A program made the translations under genes and the position numbers. Shown in pieces: positions 53,675 through 63,525 of a stretch of DNA of 64,000 nt. Below the pieces are notes generated by a model. It had not been told where the DNA came from. It did not search any database and saw only the letters and a program-made list of their open reading frames with translations. This DNA comes from an uncultured Chlamydiales bacterium (GTDB lineage Bacteria; Chlamydiota; Chlamydiia; Chlamydiales; Rhabdochlamydiaceae). Every line of letters starts with the position of its first letter. The first letter of the stretch is position 1. The DNA lies in NCBI GenBank assembly GCA_963700985.1, contig OY969554.1:1792001-1856000 (forward strand), given 5' to 3'.

Positions 53675-55321
53675 ATGCGAATTCTAGCTGCCCAGCTTAA
53701 TCCAATCGTGGGAGATCTTGAAGGAAATACGTTAAAAATTCTTCAAATCCTCGAGAAGGCCCGCATCCAAAAAGCCGATATCGTAGTTTTTCCTGAGCTG
53801 GCTATTTGTGGTTATCCACCGGAAGACCTCTTGCTACATGCCTCATTTATCGAGGCGATCGAGCCCCAACTTGAAAAAATTATACATGCTTCTGCAGGGC
53901 TAATGGTGGTGGTAGGGCTAGTGCGCAAGAACCCCTCACATACAGAAAAAGCGCTGTTTAACAGCGCGGCAATTATTCAAGATGGCAAGTTGGTTGGTTA
54001 CGAAGATAAGTGTTTATTGCCTACATATGACGTGTTTGATGAGCGCAGATATTTTGAGCCAGGGAGCTCGATTAAACTCTGGGAGTTCAAAGGAAAGAAA
54101 GTCGCGGTCATGATTTGTGAAGACATTTGGCAGCACTTTGGGTGGCAACACTCAGGTGTTGAGTTCACTCACTATTTACGCGATCCAGTGGCTGATTTAG
54201 CCTCTTCCAAACCAGACTTTTTGATTAATATCTCCGCCTCGCCCTATCAATTTCAAAAACCCAGTGTGCGTTTGGAAGTGTGTGCCAAAAGCGCTAAAAC
54301 TTTAAAATGCCCAGTGATTCTCTGCTGCCAAGTAGGGGGCAATGATCAGTTAATCTTCGATGGATACAGTCTCTGTGTTGATCAAACGGGCACACTGCGG
54401 CAAGTTGCAAAAGGGTTTGAAGAAGATCTTCTGCTCGTCGACCTCAATGCGCTGCCACCACCGTCTACATTTACGTCCGATGCTGTTGAAGATCTCTACC
54501 GCGCGCTGGTTTTAGGTGTGCGCGATTATTTTCATAAGTTAGGTTTTAAAAAAGGATGTCTCGGTTTATCAGGTGGTATCGATTCTGCATTGGTGGCATG
54601 CATAGCGGTCGATGCACTTGGGAAGGAGAATGTCTTAGCGATAGCAATGCCTTCGCGGTATAGCTCTGAAGCAAGTTTATCCGATGCAAAAGAACTTACG
54701 CGTAGGTTGGGGATCAATCTCGTTGAAGTGCCCATTGAGGCACCATTTGACTCCTATTTAAATCTCTTAGAACCTCACTTCGAAGGCAAAAAGCCTGACG
54801 TCACTGAAGAGAATTTGCAAGCGCGCATCCGTGGCATCATCCTAATGGCATTTTCCAATAAGCTAGGCTACATCGTAATGAGTACGGCCAATAAGAGCGA
54901 AATGGCTATGGGTTACTCCACACTTTACGGAGATATGTGCGGCGGGCTTGCGGTGATTTCTGATGTAACCAAAACGCAAGTCTACACAATTTGTCGTTGG
55001 CTCAATCGCAAAAAAGAGCTTATTCCGCAGGCGATCATCGATAAACCTCCCTCCGCAGAGCTTAGGCCAAATCAGAAAGATTCAGATACGCTACCCGATT
55101 ACGCCATCGTCGATGCTGTGCTGCAAGCATATGTTGAAGAGTTTCATGCGCCTGAAGAGATCGCTGAAAAACAAAAACTTCCCTTAGATCTCATTCTCGA
55201 TTTGATTCACCGAATTCATCTCGCCGAATACAAACGGCGTCAAGCCGCACCTGGCATACGTGTTAGCAAGAAAGCTTTCCGTGTCGGACGAAGGTATCCT
55301 ATCGTTCAGCAATGGATGTGA
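53675..55321 (+). CDS. nadE: Glutamine-dependent NAD+ synthetase
   Basis: Nitrilase domain (FPEL, K, ICEDIW) plus GLSGGIDSA, ENLQARIRG, PPSAEL. Confidence 0.97.
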   Translation: MRILAAQLNPIVGDLEGNTLKILQILEKARIQKADIVVFPELAICGYPPEDLLLHASFIEAIEPQLEKIIHASAGLMVVVGLVRKNPSHTEKALFNSAAIIQDGKLVGYEDKCLLPTYDVFDERRYFEPGSSIKLWEFKGKKVAVMICEDIWQHFGWQHSGVEFTHYLRDPVADLASSKPDFLINISASPYQFQKPSVRLEVCAKSAKTLKCPVILCCQVGGNDQLIFDGYSLCVDQTGTLRQVAKGFEEDLLLVDLNALPPPSTFTSDAVEDLYRALVLGVRDYFHKLGFKKGCLGLSGGIDSALVACIAVDALGKENVLAIAMPSRYSSEASLSDAKELTRRLGINLVEVPIEAPFDSYLNLLEPHFEGKKPDVTEENLQARIRGIILMAFSNKLGYIVMSTANKSEMAMGYSTLYGDMCGGLAVISDVTKTQVYTICRWLNRKKELIPQAIIDKPPSAELRPNQKDSDTLPDYAIVDAVLQAYVEEFHAPEEIAEKQKLPLDLILDLIHRIHLAEYKRRQAAPGIRVSKKAFRVGRRYPIVQQWM

Positions 55322-55439
55322 ACGGAACCGTCGATGACCCTCCTTTGAGAGAAGAGTTCTCCAAATTAGTAACGCGTTAATTCCATGATTTCTGTACACT
55401 AGTTACCTTTATTAATTTTTTTAAATCAAAAGGTAGTTT

Positions 55440-55988
55440 GTGGCAGGTGTAATATTATCTAGTTTAGACAGCGTTTTAGATCACGTAACGGCGCAGATAG
55501 ATTTAGTGGTGGATTTGTTAAAAAATGGTGATAACGCTGAAGCAACACGGCTCTTTAAACTGTCAATTCATCCTTATCTCGGGGATTTAGATAGTTCAGG
55601 AAGGATAGAATATAAAGCATGCCGAGCGATGTTCCTGCCTTCCAGTGATCTTGAGCGGGCAAGGAAGATTATTAAAATTGCTGAGCACTATTTTCTTGGC
55701 TATAAATGTCGAGTAAACTTGAATCCAGAACCCGAGCCTTTAAGAGAAGAACCTGAAGAACCTATTGTTATACAGATACCAAAGCTAGTTTTACCTGCAT
55801 TGCCAGAAAACAAATCGCAACCAGCCGCTTTTGTTGCAGTTTCCAAAAATGCTGCTCTGCCAAGGCCTAAGGAGAATCTCATGACATCTGATGAAATTGT
55901 GGAAGTAGATGATGAGGTTGCAGCGATCATGGGAAACTTAGATAAGGAACTTGAAATGGCCCGTTTACTAGCAACGACTTATAACTAA
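55440..55988 (+). CDS. Hypothetical protein
   Basis: 182-aa ORF filling the gap between nadE and the exporter; no motif recognised. Confidence 0.55.
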   Translation: MAGVILSSLDSVLDHVTAQIDLVVDLLKNGDNAEATRLFKLSIHPYLGDLDSSGRIEYKACRAMFLPSSDLERARKIIKIAEHYFLGYKCRVNLNPEPEPLREEPEEPIVIQIPKLVLPALPENKSQPAAFVAVSKNAALPRPKENLMTSDEIVEVDDEVAAIMGNLDKELEMARLLATTYN

Positions 55989-56011
55989 TCAAGAATTTGC
56001 GTGCTAATTTG

Positions 56012-58951
56012 TCAGAGCTCTTGGCGTTTTAGCATTTCGGCGAAGAGGCCTTTGGCTGCAGCGAGTTCTTTATACGTGCCAACTTCGATGATTTTTCCTT
56101 GATCCATCACATAGATACGATCGGCGTTGCGTGTAGTGCTCAGCCGGTGTGCGATCATAACGCGTGTGATATTGAGCTCGGTTAAATTTTTGTCGATTAG
56201 ATTTTGAGATGTATTATCGAGCGCGCTTGTCGCTTCATCGAGGATGAGGATTTTTGGCGAAGCAGCAAGTGCCCTAGCCAGATATAGGCGTTGCCGCTGC
56301 CCTCCAGAGACTGTATTGCCTCCTGTCGACATGACCGTATTTAATCCCATGGGTAAGGCTTTAAGGTCATCATCTAAATTGGCCATATGGATGGCTTTTT
56401 GAATGTCCTCAATGGACAACACCTTAGATCCTGCGATGATATCATAAATGCTCCCGCCTAACATGCCTTCGTTTTGAAGAACGGTGCCTATCTGTTTTCT
56501 AATTTGGCGGATGTCGTAATCAAAAATACTACGATCGTCAAAGAGAATTTCACCTTGTTCGGGTGTTTCGAATCCGAGCAGAAGTCTAACGATGGTCGAT
56601 TTGCCGCATCCTGAAGGGCCCACAATCGCAATCATTTCGCCAGGATGAGCGAAAAGGGAGACATTATCCAATGCGAGTGGCCCATCGGGAGAATAACGGA
56701 AATTGACATGCTCAAGCGCAATGGAACCTTTGAGCACGATGGGCGCACTCTTTTCAGGTAACGCTTCAGTTTCCGATTGAACGAGGACTTTTGATCTCTC
56801 CCAATAGGGCAGAACAGTCCAGATTGAAAATGCCATTTGGAAGACTTCGAGCGCGGAAGCTATTAAAAGCGCATAGGCAGTATAAAAGCCTAAGAAAGCT
56901 CCGAGCGACTGCGAAGGGTTTATCGAGGATGAGACTTTTGGATCGTTGCGGAATGTGATGATTGCTACCCAAAAGAGGAGTGTGGCCATGAGCACAGGAA
57001 AGATCCGATAGACAAGTCTTTCAATTGCGGTAACGATAAGCAGCTTTAAATCGATCTTCTTTTTCTGGCTGAAGACATTTCCCCATAAGCTAAAAAAGCG
57101 GCCCTCTGCGCCTGAGATGCGGATTTTTGCGATGCCGGAGATGATCTGTACGACGATTCCCTGAATTGTGGTTCCCAAAGCGAAACTCTTTTTGGTCAGT
57201 CTGACTTCTATGGCAATGCAAAGAGTAAAAACAAGAGCGGCTACGAAGAGGCCGATTAATCCTATGGTGGCAAATTTTGAATTATAAGCGAAAAGCATCG
57301 CGAAGTAATAAAGGCAGAAAATGGAGGTCACGCAAAGATTTATGAGATTAGAGCTAGTCTCGTAGCGAACTTTTTCGTAAGCCATGATCCGCGTAATGAG
57401 GTCACCCGAGGTGAACTTGCGAAAAAATGAGAGTGGGAGCTGAAGGACGCGTAACCAGAGACCAGTTTGCATTTCGCTTTTAGATAATCCTTCGATTCGC
57501 AATACGAGAAAATTTTTGCAAAAAGTATAAATTGTCGTGCTAAATGAAACCAGGAGCAGTCCGAGCACAAATTGCTTAAAAAGAGAGATATCTGTTCCAA
57601 AAAGGATCTTGTCGAAGAGCTCTCGCGTAGCAAAAGGAAGAAACAGGTTGAGAGAGCCGATGACTATCGCAATAAAGAGAATCCAAACAAAATTCTGTTT
57701 ATTGTATTCAAACGAGAACTTTGCAATGCGGAAAAGGGTCATTTCTCCTTGTGGAAATCCTCGATAAAAAACGTAGGCGCGCTTGGAAAGCTCTTTGGCT
57801 AGCAGAGGGGTAAGTGTTAGCCTTTTTTTCTCTTGAAGATCGACAATCTCATAATTGTTTTTGATGGGCATCAAAGCCACAGGGCGCTGCTCTGGGCCAA
57901 AGAATCCCAAAAGTGGTTGCATGGCCTCTTTCCACCACCGACCCTTCAAAGTAATGCGACGGAAGTTGATATTGCTATTCAAGCAGATCTCGATCACTTC
58001 ATCATCGACTGTCGTGGCTTTTGTGGGCGTATTATCAAAGCTTAGCCCCATTGTTCGACCAATTAGATCGCACGTTTGAAAAAGAAGGTCTCCTTGATGC
58101 AAATGCGCAACCGTGATCTCTTCATTTAAAACAGAGCCGAGGCTGAGCAGCGTCTGCTCGATTAAGTCTTCTTCAAGGGTCTGTTTCTTTTGCAACCTTA
58201 AAAGGGCATTTTCTAGCTCTTCATTCTTCTGTTTGACGACAGTTTTAAAAAGCTCATATCCTAGTGCTTCAATTCCTTTCCAAAATTCAGGTTTCTCCAA
58301 AGCTTGAGTGGTTGAAAAAGTTGCCAGAGTCGATTCTACTTCACTTCTCAACCAGTGAGATTGCGTGATAGGATAGAGAGTTCCAGTTTCTTTGAAGAAT
58401 AAAGAGGAGGCTTCATCTAAAAAGCTGCAACTGCCTTTCAATACCTCTACCCAAAAAATGTGCTCTTTTTCTTCTGGTGTGAAGGATTTTTGTGGGCCAG
58501 CGACTTCTCCTGGCTGTAGATCTGTATTTTCACCTACTTTAAGCACCTTTTCAATGCGCTCTTCTCGATGTGGAAAAGGCGAAAATATTCGATGGATGTA
58601 ACTCTCGAGTAATTTGATAATGCTCTCTTTTAGGACAGCATCCTTAGCCATCTCTGCAAGCAGGGTATTTGCGGAGACTTTACGCAGCGTTGTTTTTCGC
58701 GGAGAGAGGAAAAAAAGGCCGTAGTTTTTTTCTTCAGATGTAGCTCTTCCCAGGATTAGATCGCCCTGTTTGATATGCGCGACAAAAATAGGTAGAAAGT
58801 GGGGATCTTTTGGATCGTAGAGAAATAGATCTCCAACCTCTTGCTCCATCACCCAAACAGTGAAGGGTTCATTGAGATTGTAGCGAACGCTGGCTTCAAG
58901 CGAGATCTCTTCGCCAATATGTGATGGCAGCACGAGTGAGCTATCTTGCAT
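56012..58951 (-). CDS. NHLP/NHLM bacteriocin-system ABC exporter, permease/ATPase without an evident C39 peptidase
   Basis: RRITLKGRWWKEAMQPLLGF...PVALMP segment typical of NHLM transporters, TM domain, GPSGCGKST, VSGGQRQR, LDEATSALDN; adjacent to NHLP precursors. Confidence 0.9.
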   Translation of the reverse strand: MQDSSLVLPSHIGEEISLEASVRYNLNEPFTVWVMEQEVGDLFLYDPKDPHFLPIFVAHIKQGDLILGRATSEEKNYGLFFLSPRKTTLRKVSANTLLAEMAKDAVLKESIIKLLESYIHRIFSPFPHREERIEKVLKVGENTDLQPGEVAGPQKSFTPEEKEHIFWVEVLKGSCSFLDEASSLFFKETGTLYPITQSHWLRSEVESTLATFSTTQALEKPEFWKGIEALGYELFKTVVKQKNEELENALLRLQKKQTLEEDLIEQTLLSLGSVLNEEITVAHLHQGDLLFQTCDLIGRTMGLSFDNTPTKATTVDDEVIEICLNSNINFRRITLKGRWWKEAMQPLLGFFGPEQRPVALMPIKNNYEIVDLQEKKRLTLTPLLAKELSKRAYVFYRGFPQGEMTLFRIAKFSFEYNKQNFVWILFIAIVIGSLNLFLPFATRELFDKILFGTDISLFKQFVLGLLLVSFSTTIYTFCKNFLVLRIEGLSKSEMQTGLWLRVLQLPLSFFRKFTSGDLITRIMAYEKVRYETSSNLINLCVTSIFCLYYFAMLFAYNSKFATIGLIGLFVAALVFTLCIAIEVRLTKKSFALGTTIQGIVVQIISGIAKIRISGAEGRFFSLWGNVFSQKKKIDLKLLIVTAIERLVYRIFPVLMATLLFWVAIITFRNDPKVSSSINPSQSLGAFLGFYTAYALLIASALEVFQMAFSIWTVLPYWERSKVLVQSETEALPEKSAPIVLKGSIALEHVNFRYSPDGPLALDNVSLFAHPGEMIAIVGPSGCGKSTIVRLLLGFETPEQGEILFDDRSIFDYDIRQIRKQIGTVLQNEGMLGGSIYDIIAGSKVLSIEDIQKAIHMANLDDDLKALPMGLNTVMSTGGNTVSGGQRQRLYLARALAASPKILILDEATSALDNTSQNLIDKNLTELNITRVMIAHRLSTTRNADRIYVMDQGKIIEVGTYKELAAAKGLFAEMLKRQEL

Positions 58952-59027
58952 CTTCTCTTTCCCTCTATGTTTGTCACATTAGAGGAATAGAGTCATTTCA
59001 GCAAGCCACCCTTAATATGAAAAGATG

Positions 59028-59142
59028 ATTTAACCACAGAGGCACAGAGAACGCAGAGTAAAGAAGGAAGATTATTTTTTTGTTTCTCTTACAAAAAACG
59101 GCTTCTTTCTTCTCTGTGTCCTCTGTGCCTCTGTGGTTAAAT
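59028..59142. repeat. CACAGAG-type palindromic element, copy 2, in the divergent exporter/ycaO intergenic region
   Basis: 22-bp perfect inverted repeat ATTTAACCACAGAGGCACAGAG / CTCTGTGCCTCTGTGGTTAAAT. Confidence 0.88.
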
Positions 59143-59193
59143 TATTTAAGATTTATTTTGATTTTTGAGGGGTGTTGTGCAAAATGCAGATCT

Positions 59194-60507
59194 ATGCAGC
59201 CAATTTTTTTTCGTGGAACACCATTTTCAGCGCGCAAAGGCTTCTTTGAGGGGACTCATCGCATCCAAAGCCCTGAGCAGACTTGGAAGCAGATTGCACC
59301 GCTTGCACCTTTAATTGGAGTGTCTCGGGTTGCGAACATCACAGGTTTAGACAAGATTGGCATTCCAGTGACGATTTCGATTCGGCCTGGGGCTTTCACG
59401 TTATCTATCTCTTCGGGCAAGGGCCTCTCTCTGGTAACTGCGCAGGTCTCTGGCCTAATGGAATCTTTGGAAGTTTTCTGTGCAGAAACAGCCAATCTTC
59501 CCTACCTTCTTTTTTCCTATAACGAACTGATTAAAAGATATACGGCGCCGCTTTTAACCCATTTATCTTATCGATCTCACGCGTTATTTCATCCTGATCT
59601 GCCGGAAAAATGGGTTTTAGCATGGGATCTATTTGGACAAGAAGAGGTGGCAGTTCCTCTGCAAAGCGTCATGCAAGATTATCGCGTAAGCAGAAATGAA
59701 AATCAGGAGCTTTACTCAATTCGCATGGACACAAATGGCCTGGCTTCAGGATGCCATTTTTTAGAAGCAGTTGCCTCCGGGGTTTATGAACTCATCGAGC
59801 GCGATGCGATGAGCTGCTATCTCGCTCTTAAAGAGCGCCACCATCAGCCATTGAAAAGAGTGAAGCTTGATACGATCCGGTATCAGAGTGTGTTAGAAGC
59901 TCTGGAACAGATTGAAAGAGCAGGAGTTCAAACCCTCTTATACGATTGCACGGTGGATACTGAAGTGCCCGTATTTAAGGCCTCTATTTATGATAAGCAC
60001 CTTCGCCATAGTATGGGCATCTGCGAAGGCTATGGCGCACATCTCGATCCAGAGGTAGCCATGATTCGTGCCATTACTGAAGCCGTTCAGGGAAGAACCA
60101 TCGCGATTTCGGGCTCCCGAGATGACATTTTTATGTCACAATTCAATGCCATGAAGAAGAATGATGTAGCTGAAATTATTCAAATCATCGAAGCCAATCC
60201 TGCTACCATCGATGCCGCTTCTTATACATCTGGTGCAGGTGCCACTTTAGAAGAAGATATTCACATTCTCATGCGTAAACTTAAAAATGCCGGCCTTTCA
60301 CAACTGCTGGTGTTCGACTTAAGCCAGGAAAAACTGGGCATGTCTGTGGTACGTGTCATTATCCCGGGTCTAGAAGGATACTATTCTCGTAATTTTGATC
60401 CGGGATTAAGAGCTAAGAAGTTTATCTCAGAAAGAGCAACTACAATTAAAAAAACGCCATGCGATCAAAGAGAAGGTACGCACTTTCCTGCAGGAGCGCT
60501 TTTATGA
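59194..60507 (+). CDS. ycaO: YcaO-family enzyme, TfuA-associated (thioamide-forming) type
   Basis: GTHR, GVSRVANITGLDKIGIP, SGKG...MESLE, TNGLASG, YELIERDA, RAITEAVQGR...SGSRDD, VVRVIIPGLE; no C-terminal PxP motif. Confidence 0.95.
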   Translation: MQPIFFRGTPFSARKGFFEGTHRIQSPEQTWKQIAPLAPLIGVSRVANITGLDKIGIPVTISIRPGAFTLSISSGKGLSLVTAQVSGLMESLEVFCAETANLPYLLFSYNELIKRYTAPLLTHLSYRSHALFHPDLPEKWVLAWDLFGQEEVAVPLQSVMQDYRVSRNENQELYSIRMDTNGLASGCHFLEAVASGVYELIERDAMSCYLALKERHHQPLKRVKLDTIRYQSVLEALEQIERAGVQTLLYDCTVDTEVPVFKASIYDKHLRHSMGICEGYGAHLDPEVAMIRAITEAVQGRTIAISGSRDDIFMSQFNAMKKNDVAEIIQIIEANPATIDAASYTSGAGATLEEDIHILMRKLKNAGLSQLLVFDLSQEKLGMSVVRVIIPGLEGYYSRNFDPGLRAKKFISERATTIKKTPCDQREGTHFPAGALL

Positions 60508-61898
60508 CCATTTCTCCCGATGATATTCTCATTTTTCTTGGACCATCTCTTCCAGTTGAAGAGGCAAAATCAATCTTAGATGCCCGCTATCTCCCGCCGG
60601 CCAAACAGGGAGATATTCTGAGCGTTGCAGTGCAGTTTCAACCCAAAGTTATCGGATTGATCGATGGAACCTTTATGCAGACCTTATCGGTGTGGCATAA
60701 AGAGATCCTCTATGCGATCGATCAGGGGATCATCGTATTAGGAGCCAGCAGCATGGGCGCGTTGCGCGCAGCTGAAACCGCTGACTTTGGCATGATCGGG
60801 GTTGGAAAAGTCTTCGAGCTCTACCATAATGGCACGGTGATCGATGATGATGAAGTTGTGCTCATCCACGGGCCCAAGGAAGAAGGCTATATTCCGCTTT
60901 CCCTTCCTCTGATTAACATACGTTTTACCTTAGAGCGCGCTAAAAACGAGCAGAGAATACCTGCGGATGTTTGCGAGGCCTTCTTTGCGCTTGCACAAGA
61001 GCTTTATTATCCTGAAAGAACCATCGAGAACATTATTGAGTGCGCTCGTAAAAAAGGCTTTTCAGAAGAATTAATCGGCGATGTCACTGGGTGGATGCAA
61101 GCACACTATGTCGATCAGAAAGCTGATGATGCACGCCTTCTCTTACAAAAAATCAAAGCTCTATCTCTTTCAGAGACAGTAGAAAAAAAAGAATTTTCAA
61201 GGACATCGCTTTTTGAGGTGCTCTTTCATGCAGATAGGCGCCTCTCTTTCTCCGAAGTTGAGCTTACCCAAAGGCAGATTGCTCAGCATTTTGCGCTTCA
61301 TGATCCGCATTTTCCAGAGATGCAGTTCAATGCGATGAATCAAGCTATGGCCAATGCGCTTTCTAAAATTTACAAGGTTGAGGTTTCCGTTGAGGAGATC
61401 AAAGAGGAAAAAAAGCGCTTTCGCAGACGCCATCTGCTTCAGGAAGATTGGATGTGGACATCTTGGCTTGTACGCAATCATTTAACCGAGAAAGAGTTCT
61501 CTTCTCTTGCAGAAGAAAAAGCAAAAACACGCAAGCTTCACGCCTGTTTTTCCAGTGGGCAATTTCCTTGGAAGCAGGGAAAGTTTTTACTTAACGAGCT
61601 TAAATGGGCTGATCGATACGAAGAGGGCCTAGAAAAAGCAGTTGCACAGGAAGAAATATTAAACGAAATCGCCCGCTATTACAATGAGACTGATTCATCA
61701 GAAATCTATCAAGCAAAGTTCATCGACGCTCACAAGGAGGCGACTGGCTGGAATCCCGATATGCCTCTTAAGGAGTGGGCCGAAGAAGCTGGCTTCGAGG
61801 ATCTTTTAAAGCTTGTCACGGAGATTCACAAATCTAAGATCGCGCGCGATCATCTTAATAAGATAGTCGAAGCCGGCCTTGACGAAGCCAGTCAATAA
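60504..61898 (+). CDS. tfuA: TfuA protein with long C-terminal extension
   Basis: IFLGPSL, PPAKQGD, LIDG.F, SVWHKEIL, GASSMGALRAAE, DDDEV; ATGA overlap with the ycaO stop. Confidence 0.95.
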   Translation: MTISPDDILIFLGPSLPVEEAKSILDARYLPPAKQGDILSVAVQFQPKVIGLIDGTFMQTLSVWHKEILYAIDQGIIVLGASSMGALRAAETADFGMIGVGKVFELYHNGTVIDDDEVVLIHGPKEEGYIPLSLPLINIRFTLERAKNEQRIPADVCEAFFALAQELYYPERTIENIIECARKKGFSEELIGDVTGWMQAHYVDQKADDARLLLQKIKALSLSETVEKKEFSRTSLFEVLFHADRRLSFSEVELTQRQIAQHFALHDPHFPEMQFNAMNQAMANALSKIYKVEVSVEEIKEEKKRFRRRHLLQEDWMWTSWLVRNHLTEKEFSSLAEEKAKTRKLHACFSSGQFPWKQGKFLLNELKWADRYEEGLEKAVAQEEILNEIARYYNETDSSEIYQAKFIDAHKEATGWNPDMPLKEWAEEAGFEDLLKLVTEIHKSKIARDHLNKIVEAGLDEASQ

Positions 61899-61929
61899 CC
61901 ACAATTTTGCGACCGATCAGGACGAGAAA

Positions 61930-62208
61930 TTACTCCAAAGTCCAGATTACTACTTGTGTAGCCGCTGCCGCCGCAATTTGTTTTAAATCTGCCTCATCAA
62001 GTTCGGTGGCATTGGTGGGAGCTGGCGGTAAAAGAAAAGTGAAATGACGCGCATCGTCTTCTTGAATACGCACTTCAACATTGGCAGGAATGTCATAGCC
62101 CATTTCTTTTAAGGTCTCTTTAGGCTTAGCGATGAGTTTTTTGCGAAAAGCTGGATCTTTCCAAGCTTTTGCAATAATTTTTGCCCTTATGTCTTTATTT
62201 TTTGGCAT
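61930..62208 (-). CDS. NHLP-leader RiPP precursor 6, core about AATQVVIWTLE
   Basis: IIAKAWKDPAFRKKLIAKPK...FTFLLP...ELDEADLKQIAAA leader. Confidence 0.93.
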   Translation of the reverse strand: MPKNKDIRAKIIAKAWKDPAFRKKLIAKPKETLKEMGYDIPANVEVRIQEDDARHFTFLLPPAPTNATELDEADLKQIAAAAATQVVIWTLE

Positions 62209-62292
62209 ATTCTTTCTCTTTGTTAGTTAACTTTTATCTAAATAAATTGAGGCTGGTCTTGGTAATGCTAGTCATTGAGGGTTCAGCTCCTC

Positions 62293-62571
62293 TTAATCTC
62301 TCTTTAACTGGCGGGCTGCAACAAACCCTGCAGCAGCAATTTGTTTCAGTGCAGCTTCATCCAGCGTTTGAGCATTCTTAGGTGCAGCCGGTAAAACAAA
62401 AGTGAAATGACGTGCATCGTCTTCCTGGATACGCACCTCTACGTTAGCAGGAACGTCGTAGCCTATTTCTTTTAGAGTTTCTTTGGGCTTAGCGATGAGT
62501 TTTTTGCGAAAAGCTGGATCTTTCCAAGCTTTAGCAATAATTTTTGCTCTTATATCTTCACTTTTCGGCAT
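62293..62571 (-). CDS. NHLP-leader RiPP precursor 5, core about GFVAARQLKRD
   Basis: Same leader. Confidence 0.93.
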   Translation of the reverse strand: MPKSEDIRAKIIAKAWKDPAFRKKLIAKPKETLKEIGYDVPANVEVRIQEDDARHFTFVLPAAPKNAQTLDEAALKQIAAAGFVAARQLKRD

Positions 62572-62621
62572 ATTCTTTCCTTGTTTTACTGCGTAACCAG
62601 TTAGAGAGAAGAGGATTTTTC

Positions 62622-62900
62622 TTATTCTGGTCTTATTTGTAGGCCATAAGCAAGACCGGCCGCTGCGAGTTGTTTTAGCTCTGCTTCATCCAGCTCCTGA
62701 AAGTCCTTAGGAATGGCTGGTAAAACAAAAGTGAAATGACGCGCATCGTCTTCCTGAACACGTACCTCGATGTTCGCGGGGGCTTCATAACCCATTTCTT
62801 TTAAAGCCTCTTTGGGCTTAGCGATGAGTTTTTTGCGAAAAGCTGGATCTTTCCAAGCTTTAGCAATAATTTTTGCTCTTATATCTTCATTTTTTTTCAT
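62622..62900 (-). CDS. NHLP-leader RiPP precursor 4, core about GLAYGLQIRPE
   Basis: Same leader. Confidence 0.93.
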   Translation of the reverse strand: MKKNEDIRAKIIAKAWKDPAFRKKLIAKPKEALKEMGYEAPANIEVRVQEDDARHFTFVLPAIPKDFQELDEAELKQLAAAGLAYGLQIRPE

Positions 62901-62923
62901 ATTTTCATTTCCTTAAAATGCAT

Positions 62924-63199
62924 TCATCTTGATCCAAGACGGAACCCTACACCCCGACCTGCAGCAACGTTCTTCAACTCCGCTTCATCCAGCTCGGTGA
63001 TGTTTTTAGGAGCAATCGGCAACACAAAAGTGTAATGACGCGTATCATCTTCCTGGATACGCACCTCTACGTTGGCAGGAACGTCGTAGCCCATTTCTTT
63101 TAGGGTCTCTTTAGGCTTAGTGATGAGTTTTTTGCGGAAAGCTGGATCTTTCCAAGCTTTAGCAATGATTTTGGCTCTTATGTCTTCATTTTTTGACAT
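62924..63199 (-). CDS. NHLP-leader RiPP precursor 3, core about RGVGFRLGSR
   Basis: Same leader, ending VAAG. Confidence 0.93.
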   Translation of the reverse strand: MSKNEDIRAKIIAKAWKDPAFRKKLITKPKETLKEMGYDVPANVEVRIQEDDTRHYTFVLPIAPKNITELDEAELKNVAAGRGVGFRLGSR

Positions 63200-63230
63200 G
63201 TTCTCTTCTCTTTAGAATATTTATTTGTAC

Positions 63231-63512
63231 TCAATGAGGAAATCCACCACCACAAAAAATCCAGACACTCCCAGCAGCAACTTGTTTTAGCTCTGTGTCA
63301 TTCAGTTCGCCGAGATTAGTGGGTGCAGGAGGCAGGGGGAAAGTGAAATGACGCGCGTCATCTTCTTGTATACGCACCTCTACGTTAGCAGGAATGTCAT
63401 AGCCCATTTCTTTTAGAGTTTCTTTGGGCTTAGCGATGAGTTTTTTGCGGAAAGCTGGATCTTTCCAAGCTTTAGCGATGATTTTGGCTCTTATATCTTC
63501 ATTTTTTGGCAT
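63231..63512 (-). CDS. NHLP-leader RiPP precursor 2, core about SVWIFCGGGFPH
   Basis: Same leader, ending VAAG; start corrected to MPKNED at 63512. Confidence 0.93.
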   Translation of the reverse strand: MPKNEDIRAKIIAKAWKDPAFRKKLIAKPKETLKEMGYDIPANVEVRIQEDDARHFTFPLPPAPTNLGELNDTELKQVAAGSVWIFCGGGFPH

Positions 63513-63525
63513 TTTTTCTTTCCTT

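Noticed and set aside
59080-59193. N-terminal extension of YcaO in the ORF track
   Set aside because: It translates the palindromic element (FSVSSVPLWLN); ATG 59194 fits the family start.
62234-62275. Micro-ORF MTSITKTSLNLFR between precursors 5 and 6
   Set aside because: No leader-end motif and too short to distinguish from chance, although a relic core cannot be excluded.
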